Shown here: positions 60,384 to 64,000 of the stretch, piece after piece
Numbering within the stretch: position 1 is the stretch's first letter
Layout of the letters: the number at the start of each line of letters is the position of its first letter
Origin: Candidatus Latescibacterota bacterium
Lineage (GTDB): Bacteria; Latescibacterota; UBA2968; UBA8231
DNA: 64,000 bases
Assembly: GCA_965219385.1 (NCBI GenBank)
Contig: CBDCNM010000002.1
Coordinates: 3,358,305-3,422,304 of the forward strand
Direction: 5' to 3'
The notes under the pieces: generated by a model
The model's input: only the letters and a program-made list of their open reading frames with translations
Database searches by the model: none
What the model was told of the DNA's origin: nothing
Translations under genes and position numbers: made by a program

Positions 60384-62227
60384 CAGACCAGATTCTCCAT
60401 GATGTAGTCGCGGCGCTCAGGGGTGTTCTTGCCCATGTAAAATTCAAGGGTCCCAGGCACCGTGGCCATGGAGCGGATATTGACCTTGACCAGCCGCATG
60501 TCCCCGTTGATGAACTGTCCGAATTCCGCCGGCGAGATCTCGCCCAGGCCTTTGAAACGAGTGACTTCCGGATTTTTGACCTTTCTGAGGGCCTCGTTGC
60601 GCTCGGCCTCGCTGTAGCAGTACCAGGTTTGGCTCTTGTTGCGCACCCGGAAAAGCGGGGTCTCGAGGATGTAGACGTGGCCGGCCCCGACCAGCTCTTC
60701 GAAGTAGTTGAGGAAGAAAGTCATCAACAGGTTGCGGATGTGAAGCCCGTCCACGTCCGCGTCCGTGGCGATGACCACGCGGTTGTAGCGCAAGTTTTCC
60801 ACCTCGTCCTCGACCCCCAGGGCCATCATCATGTTGTAGAGTTCTTCGTTTTTGTAAATCTCGATCTTGGTTTTGCCGAACACGTTCTGGGGTTTGCCCT
60901 TGAGGGTGAAAATGGCCTGGGTGTCGACATCGCGGGCCGAGACGATGGAACCGGCGGCCGACTGCCCTTCGGTGATGAAGATGGTGGACTCCTCCCCGTG
61001 CTTTTTGTCCTGGAGGTGGTACTTGCAGTCCTTCAGATTGGGTATTTTGATCTCGATCCGCCGCGCCGCCTCCTTGGCCTCCTTTTTGACCGCGTTCAAC
61101 TCTTTGCGCAGCTTTTCATTTTGCACGATCCGATTTTCCAGGTTTTGCGCCGCCTCGGAGTTCTTGTGCAAGAAGTCGACCACGGCCTCCTTGACCTCGG
61201 CGACGATCCAGCCGCGGATATCGGTATTGCCCAGCTTGTTCTTGGTCTGCGATTCGAATACCGGCTCCTTGAGCTTGACGGCCACGGCGGCGCTGATGCC
61301 TTCGCGCACATCCACGCCGTTGAAATTTTTTCTGAAGAACTCGTTGACCCCCTTGAGCACCCCCTCGCGAAAGGCGCTCTGGTGGCTGCCGCCATCGCTG
61401 GTGTACTGGCCGTTGACAAAGGAGAAATAGGTTTCTCCGTAGTGGGGGGTGTGGGTGAAGGCGAACTCCAGGTACTGGGATTTGTAATAAGCCGGTTCGT
61501 AGACCACGACCTGGCCCACCTCGCGCCGCAGCAAATCCAGCAACCCCTTCCTGGACTCGAACCTCTGACCGTTGAACACCAGCTGCAGGCCGCTGTTGAG
61601 ACAGGCGTAATTCCACATCCGCTGCTGGATGTACTCGTGGTTGAAGCCGTACTCTCCGAATATCTCCGGATCGGCGCGAAACTCGACACAGGTCCCATCC
61701 GGCTCGCTTGCGTTGCGGCCCTTTTGCTGCTGTTTGAGCACGCCCTGCTCGAACCGGGCTTCGGCGTATTTGCCCTGGCGATACGCCACCACCTTGAAGT
61801 GGATGGAAAGCGCGTTCACCGCCTTGGTGCCCACGCCGTTGAGCCCCACGCTGAACTGAAACACGTCGTCGTTGTACTTGGCTCCGGTATTGATGATGGA
61901 CACGCAGTCCACCACCTTGCCCAGGGGGATGCCGCGGCCGTAGTCGCGCACCGTGACCAGATCGTCTTTTACGGCCAGGTCGATGCGCTTGCCATAGCCC
62001 ATGATGAATTCGTCGACGGCATTGTCGACCAGTTCCTTGAGCAATATGTAAACGCCGTCGTCCGGGTCGCTACCCGTGCCCAGGCGACCAATGTACATGC
62101 CGGTGCGCAGACGGATGTGCTCGAGCGAACTGAGGGTCTTGATCTTGCTTTCGTCGTACACCGGGGCCTGGCCGTTAGACGATCCGTTTTTGTGCGCCCC
62201 ATTCTTGTGCACCCTGTTAGTATTCAT
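60383..62227 (-). CDS. parE: DNA topoisomerase IV subunit B
   Basis: HIRLRTGMYIG, ELVDNAVDE, DYGRGIP, GLNGVG, ITEGQSA, TDADVDG, RFKGLGE. Confidence 0.9.
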   Translation of the reverse strand: MNTNRVHKNGAHKNGSSNGQAPVYDESKIKTLSSLEHIRLRTGMYIGRLGTGSDPDDGVYILLKELVDNAVDEFIMGYGKRIDLAVKDDLVTVRDYGRGIPLGKVVDCVSIINTGAKYNDDVFQFSVGLNGVGTKAVNALSIHFKVVAYRQGKYAEARFEQGVLKQQQKGRNASEPDGTCVEFRADPEIFGEYGFNHEYIQQRMWNYACLNSGLQLVFNGQRFESRKGLLDLLRREVGQVVVYEPAYYKSQYLEFAFTHTPHYGETYFSFVNGQYTSDGGSHQSAFREGVLKGVNEFFRKNFNGVDVREGISAAVAVKLKEPVFESQTKNKLGNTDIRGWIVAEVKEAVVDFLHKNSEAAQNLENRIVQNEKLRKELNAVKKEAKEAARRIEIKIPNLKDCKYHLQDKKHGEESTIFITEGQSAAGSIVSARDVDTQAIFTLKGKPQNVFGKTKIEIYKNEELYNMMMALGVEDEVENLRYNRVVIATDADVDGLHIRNLLMTFFLNYFEELVGAGHVYILETPLFRVRNKSQTWYCYSEAERNEALRKVKNPEVTRFKGLGEISPAEFGQFINGDMRLVKVNIRSMATVPGTLEFYMGKNTPERRDYIMENLV

Positions 62228-62482
62228 GATGCCTTTGCCCAATTAGATGGAGTGATGCGCCTAGGCTGCCGCCCTGAGGGGCAGCGATCAACGCGGGAAG
62301 ATACACCAGTGGGGACTTTATCTTGCAGGGAGAATGGTGACGGCGGCAAAGGAGAGGAAAGTGCGTCCGACGCCGGGAATTTAAACTACCTGGTCCTGCA
62401 CTATAATAAGAAAATCCCTGTCTTTTAGTATACTGAACATTTGTTCAGTTGTCAAGCCCTATTCCAGACAGGGTCCAACCTT

Positions 62483-63706
62483 TCAACCACCCGATACCGG
62501 CTTCTTGCTATTGCGCCGGCGCGGGCCTCTCTGGCGCGGCGGCCTCTTGCCGTTCCTGCTCCTTCCCCGGCCTGCCCTCGAGGAGGCCCCCTCCAGGTCC
62601 GGTTCGGGACCGCACCACACCGGTTCGATGCGGTTTTCCTTCAGCAGGGTCTTGAGGCTGCCCAGGTCCCGGTTGGCCACAAAGGTCATGGCCGTGCCCA
62701 CGCGGCCCATGCGGCCGGTGCGGCCGGTGCGGTGGGTATAGATCTGGGACGAAAACGGAAAGTCGTAGTTGATCACGTGAGTGACGTGGGTGAAGTCCAG
62801 GCCGCGCGCCGCCACATCGGTGGCCACCATGAACTTGATCTGCTTGCGACGGAACCGGTTGAAAATGGAGATGCGGCGCTCCTGGTCCAGACCACCGTGG
62901 ATGAAGTCCAGCGAGTCGACCCGGCTCTGCAGGTCTTTGTGCAGATCCGTGGCTTTGTCGCGCGAATTGCAAAACATCAGGGCCTGCTGGATGTTTTCCT
63001 TTTTCAAGTAGTCCATCAGCGCCTGGAGGCGGTTGCGGCCGGTGTGCAGAAAGTGGTGCGCCAGGGACTGGGGCGCTATCTGGTCTTTGTTCAGTTCGAC
63101 GCGCACTGGATCTTTGAGGTAGGTTCGCGCCAGGCGGTCAATTTCCCGGGGCATGGTAGCGGAAAACAACAGGGTCCGATGTTGGTGGATCAGGCAGGAC
63201 AGGATAAAGTCCACGTCCTCGATAAACCCCATCTTCAACATCTCGTCCGCCTCGTCCAGCACCACGGCCCGCACCTGGGTGAGGTCGAGGTCGGTATTCC
63301 ACAAAAAGTCGATCAGCCGTCCCGGGGTGGCCACCAGGATATCGACCTTGTGCCGCAGTTTGGCTTTCTGAATGCCCATGTCAAAGCCGCCAAAAACCGC
63401 AAAGGGCACCACCCGGGTGTGGCGCGCGATATCGTCCAGTTCCTGTACGTACTGGAGCGCCAGTTCGCGGGTGGGGACCAGGATCAAGGCCTGGATGGCG
63501 TTCAGGTCGGGGTCGGTGCCCTGGATCAAGGGCACGCCACAGGCTCCGGTCTTGCCCGAACCGGTTTCGGCCAGGCCCATCACATCGCGTCCCTCCAGGA
63601 CGTGGGGAATAACCTGTTCCTGGATAGGGGTCATTTCCTCGTACCGCATTTCGTCCAGGGCTTGCAGTATTTCTGGTTGTAGCTCCAATTCGGTGAATTT
63701 CATCAT
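62483..63706 (-). CDS. DEAD-box RNA helicase
   Basis: TPIQ, AETGSGKT, PTRELA, TPGR, DEAD, SAT, ARGLD, HRTGRTGR; basic tail. Confidence 0.95.
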   Translation of the reverse strand: MMKFTELELQPEILQALDEMRYEEMTPIQEQVIPHVLEGRDVMGLAETGSGKTGACGVPLIQGTDPDLNAIQALILVPTRELALQYVQELDDIARHTRVVPFAVFGGFDMGIQKAKLRHKVDILVATPGRLIDFLWNTDLDLTQVRAVVLDEADEMLKMGFIEDVDFILSCLIHQHRTLLFSATMPREIDRLARTYLKDPVRVELNKDQIAPQSLAHHFLHTGRNRLQALMDYLKKENIQQALMFCNSRDKATDLHKDLQSRVDSLDFIHGGLDQERRISIFNRFRRKQIKFMVATDVAARGLDFTHVTHVINYDFPFSSQIYTHRTGRTGRMGRVGTAMTFVANRDLGSLKTLLKENRIEPVWCGPEPDLEGASSRAGRGRSRNGKRPPRQRGPRRRNSKKPVSGG

Positions 63707-63897
63707 AGATTTTCTTCAAACGCCTCCCCTATTTGTAACGCCTCGACTATTTCCTATCTAAAAGGTGAGCATTTACAGCAAAATACGCAAATGCGGCCCC
63801 AATCCCGAATCACGATTGCGCGATTTTGTTCAGGGCGTATTTTAAGAAGCCTTCCAAGGTTTTCGACCCTGTCCACCTCATGCGCGGAAAAACCATC

Positions 63898-64000
63898 ATG
63901 TCCACTGTCCGGGTGCGCATCGCCCCCTCGCCCACCGGCCCGCCCCACGTGGGCACCGCCTACATCGCCCTGTTCAATCTGGCCTTTGCCCGCAGACACG
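63898..64000 (+). CDS. gltX: glutamate--tRNA ligase (5' part)
   Basis: [27 protein letters not shown] (HIGH-type motif). Confidence 0.9.
   Translation, partial: MSTVRVRIAPSPTGPPHVGTAYIALFNLAFARRH

Noticed and set aside
58497..62242. Gyrase gyrA/gyrB assignment
   Set aside because: The A subunit is short, with no GyrA box or full pinwheel; fits topoisomerase IV
1..64000. CRISPR array, tRNA, rRNA
   Set aside because: No regularly spaced repeat-spacer units or recognisable tRNA/rRNA signatures seen by eye

Overview
High-GC bacterial window. Secreted proteins with FlgD-Ig/T9SS-like C-termini, a TWxxIK-type C-terminal motif and a short ParC suggest an FCB-group organism such as Latescibacterota (inference). 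1-19.7 kb: xylulokinase, a DUF1998 helicase fused to a YprB-like exonuclease, IlvD-family dehydratase, glutamine cyclotransferase, moaB, folE2, a cobalamin-riboswitch operon (TonB receptor, beta-propeller, PduO) and hydrolases. 19.7-35.7 kb: a rearranged accessory region with three near-identical IS701-like and two IS5 (IS1031-type) elements stacked at shared TWA sites, low-GC cassette-like genes each followed by an attC-like repeat, a decayed cadherin/FN3 surface protein gene and IS remnants. 35.8-51.7 kb: metabolic genes, including a frameshifted ppx and a redoxin with an in-frame UGA plus SECIS-like hairpin (probable selenoprotein split into two ORFs by the track). 51.8-57.7 kb: a secreted-protein cluster in which four tandem genes share one N-terminal module but end in different domains, followed by a group II intron 5' fragment. 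57.7-64 kb: HpcH aldolase, parC/parE, a DEAD-box helicase and the start of gltX. Two long intergenic rod-like folds are candidate ncRNAs. All assignments come from motif recognition by eye; no searches were run.
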